Source: a virus
Taxonomy: Duplodnaviria > Caudoviricetes
Direction: 5' to 3' (one strand)
Length of the DNA: 56,242 nt
Virus record (IMG/VR): IMGVR_UViG_3300025424_000012
Location: 1-56,242 of that record
A program made the translations under genes and the position numbers. A model generated the notes under the pieces. It ran no database searches and was not told the origin of the DNA. It saw only the letters and a list, made by a program, of their open reading frames with translations. This document shows, in pieces, positions 44,683 to 54,779 of this stretch; the stretch's first letter is position 1; every line of letters begins with the position of its first letter.

Positions 44683-45617
44683 TGTCGCTGACACTCGGCA
44701 CCTTCGTGTTCCAAGATTTCGAGATTCCGGAACACATCGCCTTTGGCGGCGAGCAGCGCCTGGCAGTAAAAAAGCTGGTCGGCGGCGCGCGGGTAATCGA
44801 CGCCATGGGCTACGACCCGCACCCGGTTTCATGGAGCGGCGTGTTCTTTGGCCCGCAGGCCATGGCGCGCGCGCAGACCCTCAAGGCCATGGCAATTGCC
44901 GGGCAGGCCTGGGGCTTGACGTGGGACCAGAACAGCTACCAGGTGGTGATCCAGGCCTTTGAGCCTGATTTCCGCAAGGCGTACCACATCCCCTACACCA
45001 TCAACTGCGAGGTGGTGACGGACAACTTCGGCACATCCTCGGCCACGGCTGCCGGCCTGAATGACTCGATCACGGCGGACGCCGGTACCGCATTGGGCAT
45101 CTGCACCGCTCTGGGCAATTCGCCCCTGACTTCGAGCATGAGCACGCTCAGCAGCGCCATTTCGGCAGTATCGAATTTTGCCAATGCTGCCAACAGCACC
45201 ATTGCCGGGGTTTTGGGCCCGCTGCAGGCCGTGCAGACCCAAACCAGCACCCTGATTGCCCAGACCGAAAAGACGCTGGCCAATGTGGCGACGGTGGGCG
45301 GAATGCTGCCCAACAACCCGATTGCCAAAACCGTGGCGCAGATCAGCGCCTACACGTCGGCAGCGCAAAGCCAGCCCATGCTGGTGCAGCTCAGCGGCGT
45401 GCTGGGGCGCATCGGCGTGAATCTTGGCCAAGTCAATTCCAGCGTCCGAACGGTCACGGTGCCCGGCGGCAACCTCTACGACATCGCGGCCAAGCAATAC
45501 GGCGATGCCAGCGCCTGGAAAGTGATCTCCCAAGCCAATCCCGTCCTAAACGGCGACCCGCAATTGAGCGGCATCACTACCCTCGTGATTCCGCCCTACA
45601 ACAGCAGCGTAGTGTGA
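44682..45617 (+). CDS. Tail/baseplate protein with C-terminal LysM-like domain
   Basis: GGNLYDIAAKQYGDASAW..I.QAN...L.IP. Confidence 0.8.
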   Translation: MSLTLGTFVFQDFEIPEHIAFGGEQRLAVKKLVGGARVIDAMGYDPHPVSWSGVFFGPQAMARAQTLKAMAIAGQAWGLTWDQNSYQVVIQAFEPDFRKAYHIPYTINCEVVTDNFGTSSATAAGLNDSITADAGTALGICTALGNSPLTSSMSTLSSAISAVSNFANAANSTIAGVLGPLQAVQTQTSTLIAQTEKTLANVATVGGMLPNNPIAKTVAQISAYTSAAQSQPMLVQLSGVLGRIGVNLGQVNSSVRTVTVPGGNLYDIAAKQYGDASAWKVISQANPVLNGDPQLSGITTLVIPPYNSSVV

Positions 45618-46780
45618 GAAGCAATCCAGACATTGGCGGGACCGCCCGCGCGCCACGCGCCATCGTCATGGTGGGCCCATCTCAGGGCGCCATGGTGAAG
45701 ATGCCGTACCTGACATGCGATGTGAGCAACAACAACATGTCGAGCGCCGACACGTTCCATGTCGCGCTGCCAATATCCACGTTGCCGGCCGGGTATGACG
45801 CCAATTGGTTTTCGAGCCAGCAGGACATGTACGTGCAGGTCTACATGGGCATGCCGCCCAACCCGGCGCCTGGCCAGTTCACCACGGCGGACCTGACAAG
45901 CTACATTTTTGGGCAAGTTGACAGTATCGAGTTTGACCCGGCGAACCAGCTGATCATGCTCAGCGGGCGGGATCTGACGCGGGTCTTCATTGACACGAAA
46001 TCGACCCAGAAATATCAGAACCTGACGAGCTCGCAAATTGCCACCGAGCTAGCGACCGCGCACGGCCTGACGCCGCAAGTCACGGCAACAAAGACTCAGG
46101 TCGGCAAGTATTACGACCTAGACCATGTGCAACTCACCGACGAGCGCACCGAATGGGACTTGTTGCTCTACCTGGCCGGTGTCGAAGATTTCATCGTCTA
46201 CGTGCGCAACCAGACGCTGTATTTTGGGCCCCGGCCTGCCGATGTAGTCGGAAGCAACCCGCAAAGCCTCTACGTGATCAAGTGGCAAAAACCATTTGTC
46301 ACCAATGCCGGATCGTCGGCTTCACCGGTTGCCAATGTCCAGAGCCTGCAATTCAGCCGGGCGCTCACGGTTTCGCGCGGCGTGCAGGTCGTGATCCGGT
46401 CATGGAATCAGAAACAGGCCAAGGGCTTTACCGCTTCATACCCAAGCGGCGGCAAGAGCATCCAGGTCGGGAAAGCGACGCCTTTCGGCGGCGCTCAGGT
46501 CTACGTGCGGACCTTTCCCAATTTGACCCAAGACCAGGCGCAAAAAAAGGCCCAGTCTTTGTATGCGGCCATCGTTGCCCATGAAATGAAATTGAAAGCC
46601 GAATTGCCCGGCGACACCATCCTCGACACCACGTCGGTGATTCAGGTCACCGGGACCGGCACGGCATACGACCAGATCTACTACCCTGACAGCATCAGCC
46701 GGTACATGCATTGGGATGGGGGCTTTTCCATGACGGTATCGGCCAAGAACTTTGCGTCCGACTCACAGGCGACACTATGA
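45614..46780 (+). CDS. Baseplate hub protein (gpD / Mu gp44-like)
   Basis: ADTF, G.VD, SGRD.T, TEWDLL.YLA. Confidence 0.8.
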   Translation: MRSNPDIGGTARAPRAIVMVGPSQGAMVKMPYLTCDVSNNNMSSADTFHVALPISTLPAGYDANWFSSQQDMYVQVYMGMPPNPAPGQFTTADLTSYIFGQVDSIEFDPANQLIMLSGRDLTRVFIDTKSTQKYQNLTSSQIATELATAHGLTPQVTATKTQVGKYYDLDHVQLTDERTEWDLLLYLAGVEDFIVYVRNQTLYFGPRPADVVGSNPQSLYVIKWQKPFVTNAGSSASPVANVQSLQFSRALTVSRGVQVVIRSWNQKQAKGFTASYPSGGKSIQVGKATPFGGAQVYVRTFPNLTQDQAQKKAQSLYAAIVAHEMKLKAELPGDTILDTTSVIQVTGTGTAYDQIYYPDSISRYMHWDGGFSMTVSAKNFASDSQATL

Positions 46781-47373
46781 ACGGACATGCAGAACTCGCC
46801 GAAGCGATGAAGCGCCAGGGCGCTGCACCGTTTAACGCTTTTTCGTTCCCGCGGCACGCCAAGGTCAGCAGCTACAACCCCAAGACGTATGCCGTCAAGG
46901 TCATGCTGCAGCCGGAAAACGTGGAATCCAACTGGATGCCACTTGGCACTGAAGCCGTGGGCAGCAGCTGGGGCATCGCAGTAGGCCCGCAGATCGGCGA
47001 CATGGTGGTAGTGGTGTTCCCAGAAGGGGACTTCAATTCCGGCGTGGTCATGGCCCGGCTGTATTCGACCCAGCAGCTGCCGCCCGTGGTCAACAGCGGA
47101 GAAATGGTTATCCAGCACAGTAGCGGATCATTTCTCAAGTTCAATGCGGACGGCTCCATCACGCTGAATGGCGCTGGCAACCTCAACATCACGGCACCAG
47201 CCGTCAACATCACCGGGCCGGTAAACGTCACGGGGCCTATCACTGCCACCGGGACCATTCAAGCGCCTACTGTGGTGGGAACGACCAACGTCACTTTCGG
47301 CGGCAAATCGGGCATTGCCCACACGCACGGCGGCGTCCAGACCGGCGCAGGAAATACAGGGGCTCCAAATTAA
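46777..47373 (+). CDS. Baseplate spike (gpV-like)
   Basis: PQIGD.V.V.F.EGD; beta-helix repeats; C-terminal HTHGGV. Confidence 0.88.
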   Translation: MNGHAELAEAMKRQGAAPFNAFSFPRHAKVSSYNPKTYAVKVMLQPENVESNWMPLGTEAVGSSWGIAVGPQIGDMVVVVFPEGDFNSGVVMARLYSTQQLPPVVNSGEMVIQHSSGSFLKFNADGSITLNGAGNLNITAPAVNITGPVNVTGPITATGTIQAPTVVGTTNVTFGGKSGIAHTHGGVQTGAGNTGAPN

Positions 47374-47775
47374 ATGCAAGACCTCTACCATTTCTGGGGC
47401 GGCGACTTGGCGGTATCGGCCAACGGCGATCTGCTGGTCACGGACCCAACGACGACGGGCGAGCAGCGCGTGCTGCGCCGCCTCTTGACCAATCCGACGC
47501 TCAACGACGCCAACGGCCAACCCCAGGCGAGCGCCGACTACACCTTTGCCCCCAGCTATGGCGCAGGCCTTCCGCGTGCCGTGGGCATGCCGGTAAACAT
47601 CGCGGCCAGCACAGCCTTGATCGCCAGCCAGATGGCGCAAGAAGCCGCGGTAAGCCAGACCCCGGCGCCAGTGATCCAGATCACGCCGATCCAGTCGGGC
47701 GTGAACGCTTTCATCATGTACAACGACGCCGCCAGCAAGCTGCCCGTGGTGCTCAACTTTGACGTGACGCAATAA
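47374..47775 (+). CDS. Baseplate wedge / sheath initiator (gp25/W-like)
   Basis: GDL...QRVLRRLLTNP...P.YGAGL. Confidence 0.8.
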   Translation: MQDLYHFWGGDLAVSANGDLLVTDPTTTGEQRVLRRLLTNPTLNDANGQPQASADYTFAPSYGAGLPRAVGMPVNIAASTALIASQMAQEAAVSQTPAPVIQITPIQSGVNAFIMYNDAASKLPVVLNFDVTQ

Positions 47776-47777
47776 AA

Positions 47778-48935
47778 ATGGCCAACCTGCAAACCCAGTC
47801 TTTTGCGACCATCGTCACCAACTTTGCCAGCGCGGTGCAGGGCGCGGCGTCTGCGCTGCTCAATTTCAGCACTGGCTCGGTGCTCAAAGCCATTGGGCAA
47901 GCCACGGCAGGCGTGGCGCTCTGGCTGCAGGGCCTGATCATGACCCTGCTTGCCGTGACGCGGCTTTCCACGTCCAGCGGGACGGATGTGGATTCGTTCC
48001 TGGCCGACTTTGGTTTTGCCCGGCTGCCCGCTGTGGCCGCTACTGGAGTGGTGACATTTTCCCGGTTCACCAACACCAACCAGGCGGTAATCCCGGTGGG
48101 CTCCTTGGTGCAGTCAAGCGACGGCACTCAGCAATTCATCATCAAGGCTGACACCACGAACGCGGCCTACAGCGCCACGGTGATTTCCGGCGGCGGATTC
48201 ATCATCCCGGCCGGCACTACCAGCATCACGGCGACGGCAACCAGCATCACGGCGGGCCCCAGCGGCTATCCTGACGCGACAGGCAACGTGGCGGCCAACA
48301 CCATCACGGCCTTGGTGCAGCCCATCCAGTATGTGGACACCGTGAACAACGCGGCCGCGCTGACCAATGGTGCAAACCCGGAAAGCGATTCCGCCGTCCG
48401 GGCGCGGTTTGTACTCTGGATTAACTCGCTGGCAGAAGGCACCGTCGCGGCCATTCAGACCGCCATTGCGGGTGTTCAATCCGGCCTGGCCTACCTGGTG
48501 ATCGAAAACACACAATACAACGGCACCACGCAGCAAGGCTATTTCACGGTCATCATCGACGACGGCACTGGATACCCGTCTTCGCAGCTGCAGACCAACG
48601 TCGGCAACGCCATCAACGCGATCCGGCCCTTGGGCTCGACCTACAGCGTGCATGCTCCTGTCGTGGTCAGCGCATCGGTGGCAATGACGATTTCCACGGC
48701 AAGCGGATACCTGCACTCGGCGGTCACGGCCATTGTCCAAGCCGCGATCCAGTCCTACATCAACACGCTGGGCATCGGCGCTACTCTAAGCTACACCAAG
48801 CTGGCCCAGGTTGCCTACGACGCATCGCCGGGCGTGACGGCCGTTACCACTGGCTACACGGTCAACAGCGGCACGGCAGACGTTGCCGTGACCAACCTGC
48901 AAGTAATCAAGGCCTCAACCGTGACGGTGAGCTGA
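47778..48935 (+). CDS. Baseplate J-like protein
   Basis: ATG.VTF, GN..ANTI, NG...ESD...R.RF. Confidence 0.88.
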   Translation: MANLQTQSFATIVTNFASAVQGAASALLNFSTGSVLKAIGQATAGVALWLQGLIMTLLAVTRLSTSSGTDVDSFLADFGFARLPAVAATGVVTFSRFTNTNQAVIPVGSLVQSSDGTQQFIIKADTTNAAYSATVISGGGFIIPAGTTSITATATSITAGPSGYPDATGNVAANTITALVQPIQYVDTVNNAAALTNGANPESDSAVRARFVLWINSLAEGTVAAIQTAIAGVQSGLAYLVIENTQYNGTTQQGYFTVIIDDGTGYPSSQLQTNVGNAINAIRPLGSTYSVHAPVVVSASVAMTISTASGYLHSAVTAIVQAAIQSYINTLGIGATLSYTKLAQVAYDASPGVTAVTTGYTVNSGTADVAVTNLQVIKASTVTVS

Positions 48936-48936
48936 T

Positions 48937-49617
48937 ATGGCCACAGGCGACCAAAACGACATTTTCGGCAGGCTCAACAGCCTGCTGCCCAGCCGCTGGT
49001 TTGTCGGCAGCACGCCGATCAAAGACGCCGTAATGACGGGCATCGCGGCGGTGTTCGCGCAGACCTACGGGCTGTACGCCTATACCAAGCTGCAAACCCG
49101 CATTTCGACACTGACAGACGGCTGGATCGACACCGCAGCAGCGGACTATTTCGGCACCGGGCTGACGCGCAATCTCGGGGAATCAGATGCTGCCTACTTG
49201 GCGCGCGTGAAAGCCAATTTGCTGGCCCCGCGCACCGCGCGCCCGGCAATGGTTACCGTGCTGACTCGGCTGACAGGCCGGGTGCCGACGATCTGGGAGC
49301 CAAACAACCCGGCGGACATGGGTGCCATGAACGCGCCAAAGTCACCGGGGTATTGCGGCGTGGCCCGGTTTGGATCAATGGCGGTACCGTTTAACGCATT
49401 GATTCTGGCGTTTCGGCCAATGGTCACCGGCCAGGTCTCGGCAGGCGCGGCATTCAGCAACGCGCCCAAGCTGTCCGCCATGAACACCCCGCTTTCCCAG
49501 GGCTACACCGGATCGCTCGGCTCGCAGTCTTCAAGCGCGACGGATGCTGCCATTTACGCGGCGGTCAACGCCACCAGGCCGGCCGCTTCCGTGGTGGGCG
49601 TCTCGATCAGCAACTAG
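48937..49617 (+). CDS. Baseplate wedge protein (I-like)
   Basis: QTRIST.TD.W.D..A.DYFG..L.R..GESD..Y.AR. Confidence 0.78.
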   Translation: MATGDQNDIFGRLNSLLPSRWFVGSTPIKDAVMTGIAAVFAQTYGLYAYTKLQTRISTLTDGWIDTAAADYFGTGLTRNLGESDAAYLARVKANLLAPRTARPAMVTVLTRLTGRVPTIWEPNNPADMGAMNAPKSPGYCGVARFGSMAVPFNALILAFRPMVTGQVSAGAAFSNAPKLSAMNTPLSQGYTGSLGSQSSSATDAAIYAAVNATRPAASVVGVSISN

Positions 49618-49638
49618 ACCAACACTTTCAGCAAACCC

Positions 49639-49662
49639 AGCCCGCCGCGTGCGGGCTTTTTT
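49639..49662 (+). terminator. Rho-independent terminator
   Basis: AGCCCGC-CGCGT-GCGGGCT followed by TTTTT. Confidence 0.7.
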
Positions 49663-49678
49663 CATTGGAGACCAATAC

Positions 49679-51427
49679 ATGGATCGCGTCGAAACCTACG
49701 TCGGACAGTCAATCTACGAGTGGTATTTCAGCAAGCAGGCCCAGAACGACATGGTGGGCCTTGGCCGCCTTTCCGCCGCGCTCATGGGCACCGCTGGAAT
49801 GGTCAATGGCTTGGGCTGCACCCAGACCACGGTCGCCTCCATGCAGGTTTCCATCGGTCAGGGTGAGCTCTACCAGCTGGCCAGCCTCGAAGCAACGGTT
49901 TGCGGCACGCTGCCCGTGAACACCACGGACCAAGTTCTCAAGCAAGGCATCCTGCTGGGCTCGGCCGCCCCGTACAACCTTCCGGCCAGCAGCACCTTTG
50001 CCACGCCTGGCAGCTCGGGCCAGTCCATCAATTACTTGATTGAGGCCCAATATCAGGATCAGGACGTCAGCGTCGACCCGACCACTGGCGCTACACCGGT
50101 CACGCTGAATTTCTACAACTCGTCCAATCCTTCGACGCCTTGGAGCGGCCCCAACAACACGGGCGCCAGCAGCAACACTTTCCGCAAAGGTGTCATTGCT
50201 TGGCAAGTTAAGGCCGGAACTGCGGCCACCACCGGCACACAGACCACGCCATCGCCGGATTCCGGCTGGATCGGGCTGTACGTGGTCACGGTGGCCTATG
50301 GTGCTTCCAGCATCACAAACAGCAACATTGCCGTTTACCCTGGCGCGCCTTTCATTGCCAGCGGCGGCGTGATTGCTGGCGGCCTGCAAGGCAACGGCTT
50401 TGTTATTTCGACCGCTGGCGGCACGTCTGACGCCTTGACCGGCAGCTACTCGCCCGGAATTACCGCTGTGACCAATGGCATGAGCTTGTTGCTGCGCGCC
50501 GGAGCGGCGAATGCAACGACCACGCCCACCTTTACGCCGAACAGCGGCGTCATTGGCGCTGTGACCATCGTCAAAGGCAGCGGCACGCCATTGAATCCCG
50601 GCGACATTGCAGGTGCCGGGCATTGGATCGAACTCCAATACGACTCAAGCCTCGCAAAATGGGTGTTGCTCAACCCGGCCACTGGGGCCGCACCGGCAAG
50701 CTCTGCGCCTGTCGGCTCTGTGCGCAACTTGAAGATGTCCATTGCGGCTGCAAGCGCTACCGCAACGCTGACCGCTGACGAAATCATCGTTGAAGCGGCC
50801 CTTGGCGGAGCATCCTACAAACTTGCCAGTTTCAACAAGACGATCAACCTTGCCACCACGGGCGCGGGCGGCATGGACACCGGCACGGCGCCTGTCTCTG
50901 GGTATGTCGCGGTCTACGCCTTTTACAACCCGGCCACTGGATCGTCCGCGCTGGTGGGATACAACGCCACCTCCGCTGTCGCGCCAAACATTTACGGCGG
51001 TGCCAATGCGCCCAGCGGCTACACCGCCAGCGCCTTAATTTCCGTTTGGCCAACCAATGCCAGCAGCCAGTTTGTAGCCGGGCTCCAGCGTGACCGAAAG
51101 GTGTCAATTGGTGGCGTCACCGTATTGACTTCTGGATCGAATCAAGCGTCGTATGCATCGCTGTCGATTTCTGTTGCAGCGCCCAAAAACGCGCTGGCCG
51201 TAAGCGGTTGTATCAATGTGACATCCACGTCTTCTACTTTCTGCACTGGCGCGGTGACGCCGGACGGAACAAGCGACATTCAACAAATTGCAGCCAGCAA
51301 CGTGGTTCAAATACTAGCGCCATTTCGCGATTTGCCAATTTTGACCGCTCAAACGCTGTATTACGCGGCTTTTGTCAACGCCGGTACTCCGTCGATTTCC
51401 GTTGTTGTATCTGGCTACACCTTTTAA
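49679..51427 (+). CDS. Tail fibre protein
   Basis: After baseplate; Thr/Ser/Gly-rich beta modules; GAGGMDTG.AP motif. Confidence 0.85.
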   Translation: MDRVETYVGQSIYEWYFSKQAQNDMVGLGRLSAALMGTAGMVNGLGCTQTTVASMQVSIGQGELYQLASLEATVCGTLPVNTTDQVLKQGILLGSAAPYNLPASSTFATPGSSGQSINYLIEAQYQDQDVSVDPTTGATPVTLNFYNSSNPSTPWSGPNNTGASSNTFRKGVIAWQVKAGTAATTGTQTTPSPDSGWIGLYVVTVAYGASSITNSNIAVYPGAPFIASGGVIAGGLQGNGFVISTAGGTSDALTGSYSPGITAVTNGMSLLLRAGAANATTTPTFTPNSGVIGAVTIVKGSGTPLNPGDIAGAGHWIELQYDSSLAKWVLLNPATGAAPASSAPVGSVRNLKMSIAAASATATLTADEIIVEAALGGASYKLASFNKTINLATTGAGGMDTGTAPVSGYVAVYAFYNPATGSSALVGYNATSAVAPNIYGGANAPSGYTASALISVWPTNASSQFVAGLQRDRKVSIGGVTVLTSGSNQASYASLSISVAAPKNALAVSGCINVTSTSSTFCTGAVTPDGTSDIQQIAASNVVQILAPFRDLPILTAQTLYYAAFVNAGTPSISVVVSGYTF

Positions 51428-51436
51428 GGGCCATCC

Positions 51437-51910
51437 ATGACCACAGTATTTGTCCAGTTCTCTGATTCCAGCCAGACCAAAGTGCAGACCGTTTTTGGCT
51501 GCGCTCAAGACCCTGCCGCATGGCCCAACCAGGCCACCATCGCAGACACCGACCCGCGCTACTTGGCCTTCATCAATCCCGCTGGCACGCCTGCCGCCAT
51601 CAAAGCCGCAGCTGTGGCCGCGCTCTTCGCCTCCTACCAGGCGGCATGCGCGGCCAACGTGAGCTTTACCAGCGCGGGCGGCGTCACCAAGACTTACCAG
51701 GCCGACCAACAGAGCGTATTCAACCTGCAGGCCTCCCTGCTGGGCTGCCAGAAGGCTCAGGCCACACCGCCGGGCTTTTTCTGGGTTGCCGCCGACAACA
51801 CCCAGGTGCCGTTCACCTTTGCCGACCTGCAAGGACTGGCCCAAGCCATCTTTGAACAAAGCGCGGTTGCATTCGCTTCGTATCAAACCGCCAAAGCCGC
51901 TCTCGGTTGA
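51437..51910 (+). CDS. Tail fibre assembly chaperone (DUF4376-like)
   Basis: YQAD..S, W.AADN..VPFT..DL. Confidence 0.8.
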   Translation: MTTVFVQFSDSSQTKVQTVFGCAQDPAAWPNQATIADTDPRYLAFINPAGTPAAIKAAAVAALFASYQAACAANVSFTSAGGVTKTYQADQQSVFNLQASLLGCQKAQATPPGFFWVAADNTQVPFTFADLQGLAQAIFEQSAVAFASYQTAKAALG

Positions 51911-51931
51911 CGGGTCGGCACCCGGAGACAT

Positions 51932-51955
51932 GCCCGCCGCGCGCGGGCGTTTTTT
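51932..51955 (+). terminator. Rho-independent terminator
   Basis: GCCCGC-CGCGC-GCGGGC followed by GTTTTTT. Confidence 0.65.
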
Positions 51956-51979
51956 CGTCCAAAAACTACAGGATCAAAG

Positions 51980-52363
51980 ATGCCGCCACCAGAAGACAGG
52001 CTAGCCGCCCTCGAAAGCAAGTTCGACGATTTCCAAGCGACTGCCACCCACCGATTCGACGAGGGCAAGGAACGCATGGACCGCTTCGAGCGCATGCTCA
52101 CCGCCAACAGCGAGATGGTGCGCGAGAACACCCTGCTGACTCGCAGCATCAGCGACAACACGGCAGGCTTCGTGGCTTTCCAAAACGACCTGATCGACGG
52201 CACGCGGTTTCTCTGCCGGTGCGCGCGCGGAGTGTCGTGGTTGCTCAAGACGGTCAAGGAAAACGTGCTCACGTTGATCCTGGTTGCCGTGATCGTGTCC
52301 TGGGCCCTGCATCTGCCGATTCCCGACTCCCTGATGAAACTGATCAAGCTGATTGCGGCTTGA
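51980..52363 (+). CDS. Holin/antiholin-like membrane protein
   Basis: Coiled coil plus C-terminal TM helix; directly before the endolysin. Confidence 0.55.
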   Translation: MPPPEDRLAALESKFDDFQATATHRFDEGKERMDRFERMLTANSEMVRENTLLTRSISDNTAGFVAFQNDLIDGTRFLCRCARGVSWLLKTVKENVLTLILVAVIVSWALHLPIPDSLMKLIKLIAA

Positions 52364-52376
52364 GAAAGGCCTCCCC

Positions 52377-52835
52377 ATGAAACAGCAGTTGACGCAACAG
52401 CTCGAGCAAGACGAGGGCACCAGCGCGACGGTCTACCAGGACCAATTCGGATTTTGGACGCTGGGCACCGGCCGCTTGGTTGACAAACGCAAGCCCGGCG
52501 CCGGCCTGCGCCAGGTCGAGATCGACTTCATGCTGCAAAACGACATTGATGACCGCATCAACGCCGTCGGCAAAGCGCTCCCGTGGTTTCAGAACCTTGA
52601 CGATGCCCGCCAAGGCGTGCTGCTCAACATGGCTTTCCAGCTGGGCACCGATGGCCTGCTGGCCTTCCACACCACGCTGGGCCATGTCCAGGCCGGGAAC
52701 TACGCCCAAGCCGCTGCCGACATGCTGCAAAGCCCCTGGGCAAGCCAGACGCCGGGGCGCGCCAAGCGCCTGTCCACCCAGATGGAAACCGGCATCTGGC
52801 AGTACGCCAACCCGACCACTGAGGTGGATTCGTGA
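52377..52835 (+). CDS. Endolysin (T4 lysozyme-like muramidase)
   Basis: DEG....YQD..G..T.G.GR (E-x8-D-x5-T), NMAFQLG, S.WA.QTP.RA. Confidence 0.93.
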   Translation: MKQQLTQQLEQDEGTSATVYQDQFGFWTLGTGRLVDKRKPGAGLRQVEIDFMLQNDIDDRINAVGKALPWFQNLDDARQGVLLNMAFQLGTDGLLAFHTTLGHVQAGNYAQAAADMLQSPWASQTPGRAKRLSTQMETGIWQYANPTTEVDS

Positions 52836-53038
52836 TCAAGGCCGCCGCCCTGGTACTGACTGCGGCGCTTTCAGCGCCTGCCGACACTGACCGCCTCAAG
52901 ATCATCCTTGTGGCCCCGGGTAGCCGATTCCAGTGCACCAGCCCGAACGGCTGCGTGGTCATGGATGCCAACACCCTCCCGAAGGTGATCAAGGCCGCGC
53001 GCGACCGCGGGCAAAGCGATTGCGAAAAGGCAATATGA
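52832..53038 (+). CDS. Small secreted hypothetical protein
   Basis: Signal-peptide-like N-terminus; three Cys; coupled at both ends. Confidence 0.6.
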   Translation: MIKAAALVLTAALSAPADTDRLKIILVAPGSRFQCTSPNGCVVMDANTLPKVIKAARDRGQSDCEKAI

Positions 53039-53424
53039 GCCGATTGTCCAGAAAGCTGCGCAAGTGGGCCCACCCCGCCAGCGGGCAGGAGGGCCTGAGC
53101 TACTGGTGTCAGGGTTGCGTGTCGATGCATTCGATCCGCACCAAAGGCGCGGGCGCGTGGACATGGAACGGCGACGTTGAAAAGCCTGTTTTTGGGCCGT
53201 CTGTTCTTACCACCTATGAGGCCGTGCCGGACGCTGAGCCCGGTTTTGAGGAATGGCGCACAAAACGCACCTGCCATACCTTTGTCGGCTGCAACGGCGC
53301 CCAGCCCGGCGAAGTGATTTTCCTGGGCGACTGCACCCACCCGCTGGCCGGCACCGTCCAACCGTTTCCCGACCTGCCGGACTACATGCAGGACCAGGGC
53401 GAAGACACCAGCCACTCGATTTAA
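53035..53424 (+). CDS. DUF6527-like protein
   Basis: WCQGC..MH...WTWNGDVEKP.F.PSVL...CHTFV...FLGDCTH.LAG. Confidence 0.8.
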   Translation: MSRLSRKLRKWAHPASGQEGLSYWCQGCVSMHSIRTKGAGAWTWNGDVEKPVFGPSVLTTYEAVPDAEPGFEEWRTKRTCHTFVGCNGAQPGEVIFLGDCTHPLAGTVQPFPDLPDYMQDQGEDTSHSI

Positions 53425-53444
53425 CCAATCCTCCACTCCATTGG

Positions 53445-53467
53445 GCCCGCCGCGTGCGGGCTTTTTT
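53445..53467 (+). terminator. Rho-independent terminator
   Basis: GCCCGCCGCGTGCGGGCTTTTTT, identical to 49640-49662. Confidence 0.65.
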
Positions 53468-53974
53468 ATGCCCGTAACCGAAACCCACGAAGAAAAAGAA
53501 ACCCTGTCGGTAAGCGTCTTGCTGCCCGGCCATGAAACCAGGGGATCTGCATCTGCCCTGTTCACGCGCACCAAAAAAGAATTGGCTGCCCGCGACGGAA
53601 ATCGCTGCTGGATTTCTGGCGAAACACCGGAAGAGGCCGGGCCACTGGAAGCGCATCACTTCCCCTTGGAATGGTCGACCGCCATGGCCATTGACTTTGC
53701 CAGGGTGCGCGCCGATTGCGAGGCCGGTGAATTCGGCTTGACCCAAGGCCAGCGCGACGCCGCCAAAGCATTCGATTGGTCAACCTTTGACCCGGCTGAC
53801 CCATATTCCTTCGTTGACAACATGCTTGTCAACGGCGTGCTGCTGGCCAAGCGATTCCACACGGCCAAAGACAGCGGCATTCACACCCTGCCGCACCCCC
53901 TGTGGATTTTTCAAAGGTACGCCCGCGAAGGCTACAAGTTTTCGGACGTGGAAATTATCCACCACGAACAGTAG
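53468..53974 (+). CDS. Degenerate HNH-like protein
   Basis: CWISG...LEAHH...N..LL...H....GIH. Confidence 0.65.
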   Translation: MPVTETHEEKETLSVSVLLPGHETRGSASALFTRTKKELAARDGNRCWISGETPEEAGPLEAHHFPLEWSTAMAIDFARVRADCEAGEFGLTQGQRDAAKAFDWSTFDPADPYSFVDNMLVNGVLLAKRFHTAKDSGIHTLPHPLWIFQRYAREGYKFSDVEIIHHEQ

Positions 53975-54136
53975 CCCGAATGATCGCCGCCCTGCTGATT
54001 GCTATCGCATTGGTAGCGAGCACTCCGCACAAAAGCTGTCACTACAGCGCTTTTCCCGAATTCGACACCAGCGGCCCAAGCCCGGTGATCGACGGCATTT
54101 CTGCCAAAACAACCTGCACTTTTTGAAGGACCAACC

Positions 54137-54361
54137 ATGCCTCGCAACACCCTGCTTTTGCTCTGCTCCCTGATCGCCGTGATTGTCGGCCTGCTGGTGA
54201 GCTATTTCCCGCCCGCCCAAAACGCGGTGTCGATCTGGAGCCTGGTTTCCATGGCCGTGGGCTACGGCATCCGGGATCTGTTTGCCGCCGACGCGCCTGC
54301 AGCCTCCACCCCAGACCTGCAGCCAGCGGCGGCTCCTGCAGCTCCGACCGCAACCCAATAA
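54137..54361 (+). CDS. Two-TM small membrane protein (holin candidate)
   Basis: Two hydrophobic helices with a Pro/Ala tail; AAGGA RBS. Confidence 0.65.
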   Translation: MPRNTLLLLCSLIAVIVGLLVSYFPPAQNAVSIWSLVSMAVGYGIRDLFAADAPAASTPDLQPAAAPAAPTATQ

Positions 54362-54407
54362 CGGGAAGCGGGCGCCCGATTTCGCCCGCAAAAACTTGGA
54401 GATTCAG

Positions 54408-54779
54408 ATGAAGAAGTTCTTTTTGTTCCTTGCCGCCGCTGTCCTGGCGCTGGCTTTCGCCGCGTGCACCACGACCGGAGCGCCCAACGCCACCCAGGTG
54501 CAAGCCATCCAGCAAGCCTGCGCCATCGATGCCGGCGTGCGGCCCAGCGTGACCGTGCTGCTGTCCATTCCCGGCCTGGCCACCGTCCAGGAGGTTGCGG
54601 CCGTTGCCGCCGCTCGAGCGGTGATTGACCCCATTTGCGCCAATCCCGCGGGCTCCGCGCAGGCCAACAGCCTGGCAGTGCTGAGTTCCGCGACCGGTCA
54701 GGTGACGTCGATTCTGATCCAGTTGCAGGCCCGAAAAGCTGGCTCAGTACCGGCACCGGTCGCCGCCGCGTCTTCGTGA
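54408..54779 (+). CDS. Lipoprotein
   Basis: MKK + hydrophobic core + FAAC lipobox; two further Cys. Confidence 0.8.
   Translation: MKKFFLFLAAAVLALAFAACTTTGAPNATQVQAIQQACAIDAGVRPSVTVLLSIPGLATVQEVAAVAAARAVIDPICANPAGSAQANSLAVLSSATGQVTSILIQLQARKAGSVPAPVAAASS

Noticed and set aside
49679-51427. Tail fibre as a DGR target or invertible segment
   Set aside because: No TR-like sequence at its 3' end; no invertase or flanking inverted repeats seen
53980-54126. 48-aa ORF with hydrophobic N-terminus (MIAALLIAIALVAS...)
   Set aside because: Could be a small lysis accessory, but no clear RBS or motif; insufficient support
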